Assembly: GCA_050949565.1 (NCBI GenBank)
Contig: JBMNFY010000017.1
Span: 960,001 to 1,024,000, forward strand
DNA: 64,000 nucleotides
Source: Kiritimatiellia bacterium
GTDB lineage: Bacteria; Verrucomicrobiota; Kiritimatiellia; RFP12; UBA1067
Direction: 5' to 3'
Below are positions 1 to 9,106 of this stretch, piece by piece. How positions within the stretch are numbered: the first letter of the stretch is position 1; each line of letters begins with the position of its first letter. Position numbers and translations under genes: made by a program. The notes beneath the pieces are model-generated. The model searched no databases and was not told the DNA's origin. It saw nothing but the letters and a program-made list of their open reading frames with translations.

Positions 1-2
1 CC

Positions 3-107
3 GCCGCAGACCTAGAGCGTCTGGTAAACGAAATGAGCGCGAACCCTTCCGTCCTGCTATTCGGCCAGCCGCCACTGCCATTGCCGGAGACACAGCCAGA
101 TGAGTAA
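3..107 (+). CDS. 3' end of MlaD/MCE (PqiB-like) ABC transporter substrate-binding protein (partial)
   Basis: Frame 3 reads ADLERLVNEMSANPSVLLFGQPPLPLPETQPDE*, typical of the MlaD C-terminal 'NPSxLLFG' tail; lies upstream of a PqiC-like lipoprotein. Confidence 0.6.
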   Translation, partial: AADLERLVNEMSANPSVLLFGQPPLPLPETQPDE

Positions 108-123
108 AAGTCGAACGTTGAAA

Positions 124-174
124 GTGGCATGGGCGTCCCGCCCATGAGACACACGGGCAAGATGCCCGTGCCAC
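124..174. repeat. REP doublet, GTGG family (GTGGCATGGGCGTCCCGCCCATG...CACGGGCAAGATGCCCGTGCCAC)
   Basis: Two inverted palindromes with GTGG ends; same family at ~3262-3295, 25114-25162, 34315-34398, 39808-39856, 59279-59327. Confidence 0.85.
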
Positions 175-213
175 ACTTGCCAAAGAAAGTTGAAAGTTGA
201 GAGTTACCAGAAG

Positions 214-539
214 GAGTTTTGACATGATTAACATGATTTGGAGGGCGAGTGTCCCCACGAGCCGCCGGAACGAGCAATGGAGGGCGAGTGTCCTCACGAG
301 CCGCCTTCCGCCATGCGGAAGGATAGTCTCAGGTTCCATTGCGGAGCGCCGGGAGGGGCAAGCGTCTGCTTGCCCGGCGGCGGTCACGCCGCCACACCAA
401 AAATCTCTGCGTCTCCGCGTCTCTGTGTTAAAAAAACGCTCAACGCTCAACGTTCTGCGGGCGGGGACGCCCGCGCTCCCGACTGCGCACACACAAAACA
501 CGCGCCCGACTCGCATAACCCTTGTCACTAATCGGTTAC
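214..539. mobile_element. Composite MITE/REP element (one TIR retained) inserted in the 5' end of the PqiC-like gene
   Basis: Near reverse-complement copy of 32289-32612; ends in TIR TGTCACTAATCGGTTAC. Confidence 0.75.
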
Positions 540-1168
540 GTGTTTCCTTGGTATTGCTTGCGTCGAGCCTGCTGCTAGCGGGGTGCCTGAGCGGCAGTCG
601 CCAGGCACAACGCGAGGCGCTGACGCAAAAGCGTACCTTTGTGCCGCTGGCAGGCCCCGCCAAGCCGCTCTCGTCCGCGTCGCGCGCGGCCGCCGTCAAG
701 GTACGCGCCTTCCGCGCCCAGCCGCCGTTCGATGCACGACACTTCATCGTGCGGCGTCCCGGCGGTGAATTCGCCGCCGATTACTACAACGGCTGGCTGG
801 CCGCGCCGCACGAACTGATCCGCGTGCAGGCCACGCGTTACATCGAAGCTTCCGGGGTGTTCGAGGCTGTCTATGACAGCGCCAGCGGCACGGTCGCGCC
901 GTTGGGGTTGGAGGGACTGGTCACCGAACTCTATCTCGACCACACCGGCGACACGCCCACCGCAGTCGTGGCCTTGCGCCTGCTAGTGCTCGATGAGCGC
1001 GCCCCTTCCTTCACGGTATTGGCGACGCACGAGGCGCAGGCACGCGTCGCCTACACCCCCGGCACACCATCCGCCGCTTCCGAGGCCTTCGGCCAAGCCC
1101 TGACCCAAGTGCTTGAGGAGTTGACTACAGCCCTGTCGACCAGCAAGTTAAGCGTCGCTGAGCGTTGA
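224..1168 (+). CDS. PqiC-like ABC transport auxiliary lipoprotein with repeat-derived N-terminal extension
   Basis: Lipobox LLLAGC; 'DYYNGWLAAP' motif of ABC_trans_aux family; start uncertain (AAGGAG + ATG 224 lies inside the repeat; ancestral start probably ATG 100). Confidence 0.7.
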   Translation: MINMIWRASVPTSRRNEQWRASVLTSRLPPCGRIVSGSIAERREGQASACPAAVTPPHQKSLRLRVSVLKKRSTLNVLRAGTPALPTAHTQNTRPTRITLVTNRLRVSLVLLASSLLLAGCLSGSRQAQREALTQKRTFVPLAGPAKPLSSASRAAAVKVRAFRAQPPFDARHFIVRRPGGEFAADYYNGWLAAPHELIRVQATRYIEASGVFEAVYDSASGTVAPLGLEGLVTELYLDHTGDTPTAVVALRLLVLDERAPSFTVLATHEAQARVAYTPGTPSAASEAFGQALTQVLEELTTALSTSKLSVAER

Positions 1169-1493
1169 CCACCGCAAGGATGGCGGCGCGGCTAGAAACA
1201 CGAAATGTCTAATGTCAAACTACGACCCCAAGAACCCCTAGTGCTCGATGAGCGCGCCCCTTCCTTCACGGTATTGGCGACGCACGAGGCGCAGGCACGC
1301 GTCGCCTACACCCCCGGCACACCATCCGCCGCTTCCGAGGCCTTCGGCCAAGCCCTGACCCAAGTGCTTGAGGAGTTGACTACAGCCCTGTCGACCAGCA
1401 AGTTAAGCGTCGCTGAGCGTTGACCACCGCAAGGATGGCGGCGCGGCTAGAAACACGAAATGTCTAATGTCAAACTACGAGCCCCAAGAACCC
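983..1493 (+). repeat. Direct tandem duplication of ~255 bp (983-1237 / 1238-1493)
   Basis: Copies identical except one extra G at 1481. Confidence 0.9.
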
Positions 1494-3070
1494 GACCAGT
1501 TCGCCGTCGTGTCGTCCGAAAAGATGAAGGGCATCAGCAGATATTCGGGAATCCATACGACGTTGCCCTTGCGCGCCGCCACAGCGAACCGCGTGCGCCC
1601 GTTGTCGAGTTCCGCGAGCGGCACGACGTCCGCGCCCGGTTTGAACGCATACGACGCATACGGCTTGCAGAAGCCGTCGATATTCGGATTGCGCCGCAGC
1701 GGAGTCCGCACGCCGTCCACGACCGCGACCATGTTCGACCAGACATCCTGGTTCTGGATGCCCCACTTCCGCGAAACAGGCACTTCGTCGTCCGCCCGCA
1801 TTTCCAGAAGATTCTTCATGCCGGAAATATCCGATGGATCCGAGCCGCCCACCACAAGAAGCCGTCCGCCCGCATCGCGGTAGCGTTTGAGCGCGTCGGC
1901 GCCGTCAGGAGCCAGGTGTCCGCTCTGCCCGAGGGAGATCATCACCGCCCCCATCTCCGTCGGCGGCGGCAGTCCCTTCGCAAGGTCGCGTGTCGCGATT
2001 CCCTTCACGGCGTAACCGTGGTCACGCAAGGTCCGTCCTGCGGACGCTGTGATCATGCGCCCCACATAGGAAAGCCCCGGACGCGCGAACATGCCGTAGG
2101 GTTCGCACACGAGCCCGACCACGCCCTTGGGCTGCGCGGGATTGAGCGTTTCATCGAAGATACCGTCAAAGACAGCCTGTTTCGCGGGATCAAGCTCGGA
2201 GAAGAGACGATCCATCTCTTTGCGGCAAGCCGCGTCAAACCCCGCATCCGGCAGGGGCGCGTCAACGGACTTGTGAGCCCAGCAGGTGGCCGTCATGTCC
2301 ACAAGGATGCGTACCTGCATCGCCACGAGTTCTGCCAGGGCATCTTCGGCCTCCGGACGCGGTGAAAAGGCGATCTTGCCCTCTTTTTCGGCCGCGTAGC
2401 CGGCCTGTCGCACAGCGTCCGTCACAAAGCCGAACACGGCTGCCTCAAATGATCCCTGCGGGACATGCGGCACATAGTTGCGCAATTTTTCGCGTACGCG
2501 CCGCACCACGGGGCCGTCCGACCGGAATCCGAACACATTCTTCGATCCCGGCTCCACCTTCTGCAACGCGTAGTCCACGCCGGGGAAACGCGAATACTGT
2601 ACAAACTGCAGAAGCGGCGGATGGTTGAGAGCGCTTTCATCCGAAACGGAATGTGACAGGACGGAAATATAGAACGCGGCCCGCGTATGCTCGCCCTTTG
2701 CGAACGCCCGCGCGAGGAGCCCCATCATCGTTGCACGCGCGCGCTCCCGATGCAGCCAACCCGAGTTCTTATATCCCTGCTGCGCCAGAATCGCCGCATC
2801 TTCTACGCCGACCCGCTCCTTGATCTCTTCCAGTGAATGATAGCCCCTTTTGCCATTCTCCCTCGGCCACTCCGTCATGTCCGGATAGTGGCAGAACGCA
2901 ATCAGCACGCCAAAATCGGAAAAGGTGAAGAATGATTGTATCTCGGCGGGCAAGGTCTCGCCCACAAGCATCGCCACCTCGTCATGCTCCACGTCCCAGC
3001 CCCACACAGGCAACAACGCTCCAGCCAAGACACATGTCAACGTCAACCGAAACCAAAACTGTCGTCTCAT
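1475..3070 (-). CDS. Secreted protein: N-terminal zinc-dependent phospholipase C/S1-P1-like domain + C-terminal class I GATase-like domain
   Basis: Signal peptide, mature N-terminus WDVEH, PD and HSVSD..H Zn-type motifs; C-terminal 'ALKRYRDAGGRLLVVGG'. Confidence 0.55.
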   Translation of the reverse strand: MRRQFWFRLTLTCVLAGALLPVWGWDVEHDEVAMLVGETLPAEIQSFFTFSDFGVLIAFCHYPDMTEWPRENGKRGYHSLEEIKERVGVEDAAILAQQGYKNSGWLHRERARATMMGLLARAFAKGEHTRAAFYISVLSHSVSDESALNHPPLLQFVQYSRFPGVDYALQKVEPGSKNVFGFRSDGPVVRRVREKLRNYVPHVPQGSFEAAVFGFVTDAVRQAGYAAEKEGKIAFSPRPEAEDALAELVAMQVRILVDMTATCWAHKSVDAPLPDAGFDAACRKEMDRLFSELDPAKQAVFDGIFDETLNPAQPKGVVGLVCEPYGMFARPGLSYVGRMITASAGRTLRDHGYAVKGIATRDLAKGLPPPTEMGAVMISLGQSGHLAPDGADALKRYRDAGGRLLVVGGSDPSDISGMKNLLEMRADDEVPVSRKWGIQNQDVWSNMVAVVDGVRTPLRRNPNIDGFCKPYASYAFKPGADVVPLAELDNGRTRFAVAARKGNVVWIPEYLLMPFIFSDDTTANWSGSWGS

Positions 3071-3127
3071 TCTCTTTCTCCCTCAGTTGACACCCATTAT
3101 GCGGGGAGGGGTAAAAGAGTCAACCCC

Positions 3128-3837
3128 GTAATTGGTTAGTGACAGGGGGTGCGAAGATCATGCGTTTCTGGGGGAACGGGGTCGTAGTTTGACATTAAAC
3201 AGCAGAAAGACGAAGGACAAGGAACAGCGAAATGATCGTTTCAAATTACCTGTCCCTTAGTTGCCCGTGTTTCATGGGCGGGACGCCCATGCCACGAGGG
3301 GTTTTGCAAGAACCTCAGACGAAAAAATTTGGAGTGCGGCGGCAAGCGGTATTCCGCGCGACGCCGCTTTTTGAGCAGTGTGTCTCCGCGCACAGCGCGG
3401 AGAGAAAGCGGTGCCGCGACCCGCGCACAGCGCGGCTCTTGTCATCGCAGATTTCGCCGCTGCAGGCGGCGTGACCGCCGCCGGTCAAGCAGACGCTTGC
3501 CCCTCCCAGTGCTCCGCGATGGAACCAAAGATCATCCTTCCGCACAGCGGAAGGCGGCTCGTGGAGACACTCGCCCTCCAACCTTCGCGTCTTCGCGTGA
3601 AATCACTGAGCGGTGCTCCCCAAAAACCTCTGTGTTCTCTGTGCTCTCTGTGGTTCCAAAAACCCGGGCAGTGCTTTTACTCTCGTCATTGCGAGCCACT
3701 GCGTGGTCGCAATAAGAGAGGTTGACTCGCGACTCGCGACTTGCGGTCGGCCCTGCCACCCCTAAAAACCTCTGTGCCCGACTGCGCACACACAAACCAC
3801 GCACTAAACTCGCAAGCCCCTGTCACTAACCGATTAC
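3128..3837. mobile_element. MITE (TIR GTAATYGGTTAGTGACAGGGG) swollen by nested REP/tandem modules
   Basis: Both TIRs present; arms match 58818-59074 in reverse orientation. Confidence 0.75.
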
Positions 3838-3955
3838 CACAAACCACACGAACGCGCTTGACGCCGTCATATAGCCGATTTAAACTATATCTTGCTTAAA
3901 TCATTTGGCAGAGCTGTGCCGTACCTTTACAAGGTTATACACGGAGGGCGATGCG

Positions 3956-6900
3956 ATGAAGCGAACTGTCTCGTCTGTTTCGATGGCTCTTTTTGCGGCG
4001 CTCGTCACGGTGCCGCTGTCGGCCCGATCTGAGATTTACGACCCGGCCGAAACATTCTCGATCCAAAACGGCAATCCCAACGGCGTGTGGGCCTATGGCT
4101 GGATGGATACCGCCTTCGCGACATTCACGCTGTATGTGAACGCCGGCTTTTCCAGCGGCGTCAATCCGCACTGGTACGGGTGGGGCAGCAACTGGACGCC
4201 ATCGATCTGGCGGAATGACGCCAATCTGACCGGGATTTGCCAGCCCGGCTGGCTGCACCTGCATCCGGGAAACGGCAACCAGGGCAGCGTGCTGCGCTGG
4301 ACGGCTCCAAGGGCAGGGCATTGCCGGGCTGAGGGGCGGTTCCTTCCCAGAGATTACGGTACGATGCAGGTCGGCGTACGGCACAACACCGACTGGTTGT
4401 GGCAGGCGACGAATGCCGGTGCCTTCACCTGCGAGGTCGATGTCGTCAAGGGTGACGTTCTGGCTTTCACGGTTTACGGTGGATATAGCAGCGGAACAAC
4501 GCCGCTGAGTGTCCTGATCGACGGCCCGTCGGCACCGGCGACGCGGTATGTGAACGCGGCATCGGCCACGCCCGTATCGCCCTATCTGACGCCGGCGACA
4601 CCGGCCCCCGGATGCAGCACGGCTTCTCGGTCGCGCGCCTCGGCACCAACACGGTCGCGCTGCGTGTCACGGATCACGTCATGCAGACGCACGTCGATTC
4701 CTGCCGGGTGGTGCTGACCATGGGGCAGCCGCCGGTCGCCGAGATCGGTCCCGACCGTACGGTCGAGACCGGCTGGCCGTTGGATTTTGACGGGACGGGT
4801 TCTTCGGACGACGTCCGCGTGTCGCGCTATGTCTGGAATTTCGGCGACGGCACGACCGGTACCGGGCCGCGGCCGCGCCACATCTACCGCTCGGCGTCGC
4901 CGACAAACTACACCGCCGTGCTCACAGTGTATGACGCGGTCGAACAGGCCAGCGCACCCCGCACCGCCCAAGTCAGCGTGGTGACCGGCACGCTGCCGAG
5001 AGCGGAGACCGGCGGCCCGTACACGGCGGGCGCCGGCGGACCGCCCGCCTACTTCGATGGCAGCGCGTCGTCCGACGACCTTGATCCGGCGGTTGTGCAG
5101 GGCGTGGCGAAGTATGTCTGGGACATCGACACGACCGTGGACAGCGACGGTGACGGCATTCCGGACAACGATGTCGATCTCATCGGGCGGCGGGCGTTCC
5201 ACACCTACGCCGATCCCGGCACGTATCTCTGCAAGCTGACCGTGACCGACGCAGCCGGGCAATCGCACAGCGATACGACGACCGTGCAGGTCATGACCAA
5301 TCTGGCCCCGCATGTCATCTGCGTGCCGTTGCACGGCAACCCCGACGTACCGCATCTCGTGTACGCGGGCAAGGCCGTCACGCTCAAGGGCATCGCGCGC
5401 GATGCTGGTGCGCTCACGTATCAATGGGACTTCGGCGACGGCACGACTTCGGCGGTGGCGGCGGTGACGGATCAATATGTCATTCAGGCGACGCACACCT
5501 ACATCGGACCGCCGAACCGGTCTTTCACCGCACGTTTGACCGTGTGGGACGCGCAAGGGCTTTCCGGCAGCGACGAGTACCGGCTGGTGATGCGGCCCGA
5601 CACGGCGAGCACCCGCGCCGAAGTCGCAGTGGACGAGGCGCTCTGGTGGCTGCACAAGAATCAAAACCGCGAGGCCGGATATTGGAACAATCCGACCGAC
5701 AACAGGTCGGACTACCGTCCGGCCGCGGCGGCGGGCGCGGTGCAGGCGCTGCTGACGAACGGGCACCGTCCCGAAGGCGACCCGACGGAAGACCCCTATG
5801 TCGAAACGGTCAACCGCGGGTTCGACTACCTCTTCTCGACGCTCCAGACGCGCGCGATGACGTCTCAGCCCTACGGCGATCCGGACACCAACGGAAACGG
5901 CATCGGTCTGGAAGTTTACGCAAACCGGGGCTATCAACAGGGCATGGTCATCGATGCCATCGCCTCCACGCAGCACATGCTCGGCATGGCGCGCACCGGA
6001 GGATTGCCGGAGTTAAAGGTGCCTTCTACTTCGACATCGTGACCGACATGGTCGACGCGCTGATTTTCGGACAGAACGACAGCGCCGACCGCGGCGGCTG
6101 GCGGTATGACTGGAACTACGGCAGCTCCGACAACTCGGTCTCCCAATGGGGTGCGATCTCGCTACTGGCCGCGGACAATCACTTCTGCATCAAGACGCCG
6201 GCGTGGGTCATGGAAGAAAACAAGCGCTGGCTCGCCGCCAGCTTCATTGACGGCTACTACTGCTATAGGCCCACCGAACGGTACCCGTGGAGCGAAACCG
6301 TCTGGCACTCCACCCAGCCCTCGGCACTCATCCAGATGGCCGTCAATAACATCTACGTGACGAACGCCGTGTGGCACACGGCCGAAATGGCCATCGCCGA
6401 CAATTGGGACAGTGTCTACGGCAATGCCGCCAACCGCAATTATTACGCGCTTTACGCGGTGACCAAAGCCATGCGGCTGGCGCGCCCCCGCCCCGTGACC
6501 TACCTGGAGAAGACATTCATCGACTGGTACAACGACGATACCCGCGGCGTGCGGCAAAAGCTCCTGTCGCATCAGGCGGCGGACGGTTCATGGTCGGCCT
6601 GGTACAATGATCGTGGCTCGGCGCTCAACACTGACCTGTCGACCGCGTGGGCCGTTATGATGCTCACGCCGACGCTCTTCAGCCAGGCACCCGTACCGGT
6701 GATTACCGCGCCCTCGGTCTGGGGCTACGGCGAGCCCTTGACCGCGAGCGCCCAAAATTCGTTCCACATTGATTCTTCCCGACACCTTGTCTCCTACGAA
6801 TGGGATTTCGATGGCGACGGCACCTATGACTATCAGACCGCCGATCCCCTCGATCCGGCCGCGCAGTGGACTTACCCGGATCCGCATCCCGACGTTGACG

Positions 6901-7400
6901 GCGATCCGCCCACCACATTCACCATCCGCCTGCGGGTGACAGACGACAGCCTGCCACCCCAGACAGCGGTGAGCACGTTCACGCTGACGGTAGCGGAGCT
7001 GCAGTACGATGCGGACGGCGATGGCATCGCCGACGCATGGGAACGCACGTACTGGGGCGACCTGACCACGGCGACGGCATCCTCGGATTTCGACGGCGAC
7101 GGCTTCTCGGATCTCTCGGAGTTCCTGGCCGGCACGGACCCGACGGACGCGACCTCGCTGCTGATCATCGAGAATCTCGTTCCGTTCGCGGTCCAGGGAC
7201 AAGGCGCATTGATCACCTGGCGCAGCGTGCCGAACCGTTTCTACCGCCTGGATCGCTCAACCAATCTGTTGCTGGAGGGCGGCGGATTCATGCCGGTCAC
7301 CAGCGGCGTGCCCGGGCGGGCCGGCGCCAGCACTACGACGCTGACCGATCCCACGCCGCCGCCTCCGCCGGTCTTCTATCGCATCCACGCCGAACAATGA
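3956..7400 (+). pseudogene. Large secreted PKD-repeat / prenyltransferase-squalene-cyclase-like alpha-barrel / Ca-binding DxDGDG protein, disrupted
   Basis: PKD motifs WNFGDG/WDFGDG, 'GGWRY...SDNSVSQW', 'Q..DGSW', DADGDGIADAWE; frame breaks at ~4600 and ~6001. Confidence 0.7.
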
Positions 7401-7414
7401 AACCCGAAAACGCC

Positions 7415-7585
7415 TTATCAACTGAGGTTATCAACAGGTGATAATAACCCTGTTGATAATTCATAAGCTGTTGTTATGTAATAGGTTATAGGTGATAATA
7501 AGTTGTTGATATTTTCGCCCTTGTGGACAACCCCAGTTTTGCGGCATACTAAGGGGCGGTTGCTACAAACAGGATCTGTTCAACA
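7415..7585. promoter_or_regulatory. AT-rich cluster of DnaA-box-like 9-mers with IHF-like site (oriC/datA-like candidate)
   Basis: TTATCAACT 7415, TTATCAACA 7428, TGTTGATAA 7451, TGTTGATAT 7504, TGTGGACAA 7522; TATCAACAACTTA (minus, 7499-7511) fits WATCAANNNNTTR. Confidence 0.5.
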
Positions 7586-7590
7586 CCACA

Positions 7591-8145
7591 ATGGCCAATA
7601 TCTCCATAGCTTATTGCCGACAACTTGCGCAGGCACGGCGCGCCAAGGGTCTCACCCAGAGCGCGGTGGCTGAGGCGGTGGGCTGTAAGCAGTCGGCCCT
7701 CAGCATGCTTGAGGCGGGGCAGGCTTCCAAGCTCTCGCAGGAGACGGTTGAGAAAATCGCCGCGCTTCTTGAAGTCCCGCTGGAAACGGCGGCCACCGCA
7801 GCGCCGGCGTCGCCCGCCGCCGCTCCGGCAGCCGTGAACACCCGCGCTTACTGCCCGCATGCCGACTGCTTTTCCAACGTGCCGTATGTGGTGAACGGCG
7901 AACTGCTCTTCTGGCCGAAGCCTCAGGCGGACGGCCGGACGGGCGCCACGCACTGCGCGGTCTGCGGCGAACTGCTGGAGCGCCGCTGTCCGCACTGCGG
8001 AGCGGCGGTCACAACCGAAGGCGCCTGCTGCCCGACATGCGGCGGCGCGCGGGTTCTCAACACGCTGCCGCCCGAGACCGATTGCGAGGCCTGGGCGGCC
8101 CAACGCCGACGCGAGATCGCGGAGTGGCGTTCGTTGATCCTCTAA
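7591..8145 (+). CDS. XRE-family HTH regulator with double zinc-ribbon domain
   Basis: GLTQSAVAEAVGCKQSALSMLEAG HTH; CxxC motifs CAVCG, CPHCG, CPTCG. Confidence 0.8.
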   Translation: MANISIAYCRQLAQARRAKGLTQSAVAEAVGCKQSALSMLEAGQASKLSQETVEKIAALLEVPLETAATAAPASPAAAPAAVNTRAYCPHADCFSNVPYVVNGELLFWPKPQADGRTGATHCAVCGELLERRCPHCGAAVTTEGACCPTCGGARVLNTLPPETDCEAWAAQRRREIAEWRSLIL

Positions 8146-8157
8146 CCGGATGGCATC

Positions 8158-9099
8158 ATGGCAAAAAAACTGCTGATTGTTACAGATGGTAAGGCCGGAC
8201 ACGAAAACCAGTCCAAGGCCTTTTGCTCGGCGCTGGGATATGAATACGACTGCGTGCGCGCGGGCTACCCCACCCGCATCCACAAGGCGCTCTCTTATCT
8301 GGTCGACCGGATGGGCCTGATTCTCGACTTCCCCTTCACCATTGAAAAAACCGACGGCTACTATGCCGCCGTGGTCTGCACCGGATCGACCGCCTTCTAC
8401 CCCGGCAAGATCGCCGCGCGCCGCCGCGGCATCCCGGTCGCGGCGATCCTGTTTCCAAGCGGTTACAAAAAGCTGAACTTCGACTGCATCCTCGCGCCGG
8501 TCTTCGACCGCCCCCCCGCGTTTCCGAACATCATTCCGATCCCGGTCAACCTGACCTCCACCAACGACGCCTTTTACGAAACCGCCACCGCCGCGTTCCG
8601 CGAGCGCCACACGCCCGCCCGCCCGGCGGTCGGTGTGATCATCGGCGGTCCCAACGCCGCCGCCACGCTCACCCCCGACGCGCTCAAGCGCGACCTCGAC
8701 CGCCTCTTCGCGCTGACCGAAGGCCGCGAGCGCTGGGTGACCACCTCGCGCCGCACGCCGCCGGAAGTCGAAGCCCTGATCGCGGACTATCCCTTCGACT
8801 ACACCCTGCTTTTCAGTCGCGACACCTTCAACCCGATCCCCGCTTTCGTCACGCTCTGCGAACGGCTCTTCGTCACGGCCGACTCGACCGGTATGATCAG
8901 CGAGGCCGTCACGCACGGCACGGCATCCGTCGAGGTGCTGATGACCCTCAAGAACACCGCCTCCAAGTTCGGCCGCTTTCTCCACAATCTCGAAAAAGAG
9001 GGGGCGGTCCACTTCTTTGACGGCACGCTCGGAGACGCCGCCCGCAAGGTTGATCTGACACCGGCCTTCGAGCGCGCCCGCACGATGCTCAAATTGTGA
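8158..9099 (+). CDS. ELM1/GtrOC1-family putative glycosyltransferase
   Basis: DGKAGHENQS, TTSRRTP and VTADSxxMISEA motifs. Confidence 0.85.
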   Translation: MAKKLLIVTDGKAGHENQSKAFCSALGYEYDCVRAGYPTRIHKALSYLVDRMGLILDFPFTIEKTDGYYAAVVCTGSTAFYPGKIAARRRGIPVAAILFPSGYKKLNFDCILAPVFDRPPAFPNIIPIPVNLTSTNDAFYETATAAFRERHTPARPAVGVIIGGPNAAATLTPDALKRDLDRLFALTEGRERWVTTSRRTPPEVEALIADYPFDYTLLFSRDTFNPIPAFVTLCERLFVTADSTGMISEAVTHGTASVEVLMTLKNTASKFGRFLHNLEKEGAVHFFDGTLGDAARKVDLTPAFERARTMLKL

Positions 9100-9106
9100 C
9101 GCTGCC

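Noticed and set aside
1205-1423. Independent 72-aa gene
   Set aside because: Chimeric by-product of the 255-bp duplication
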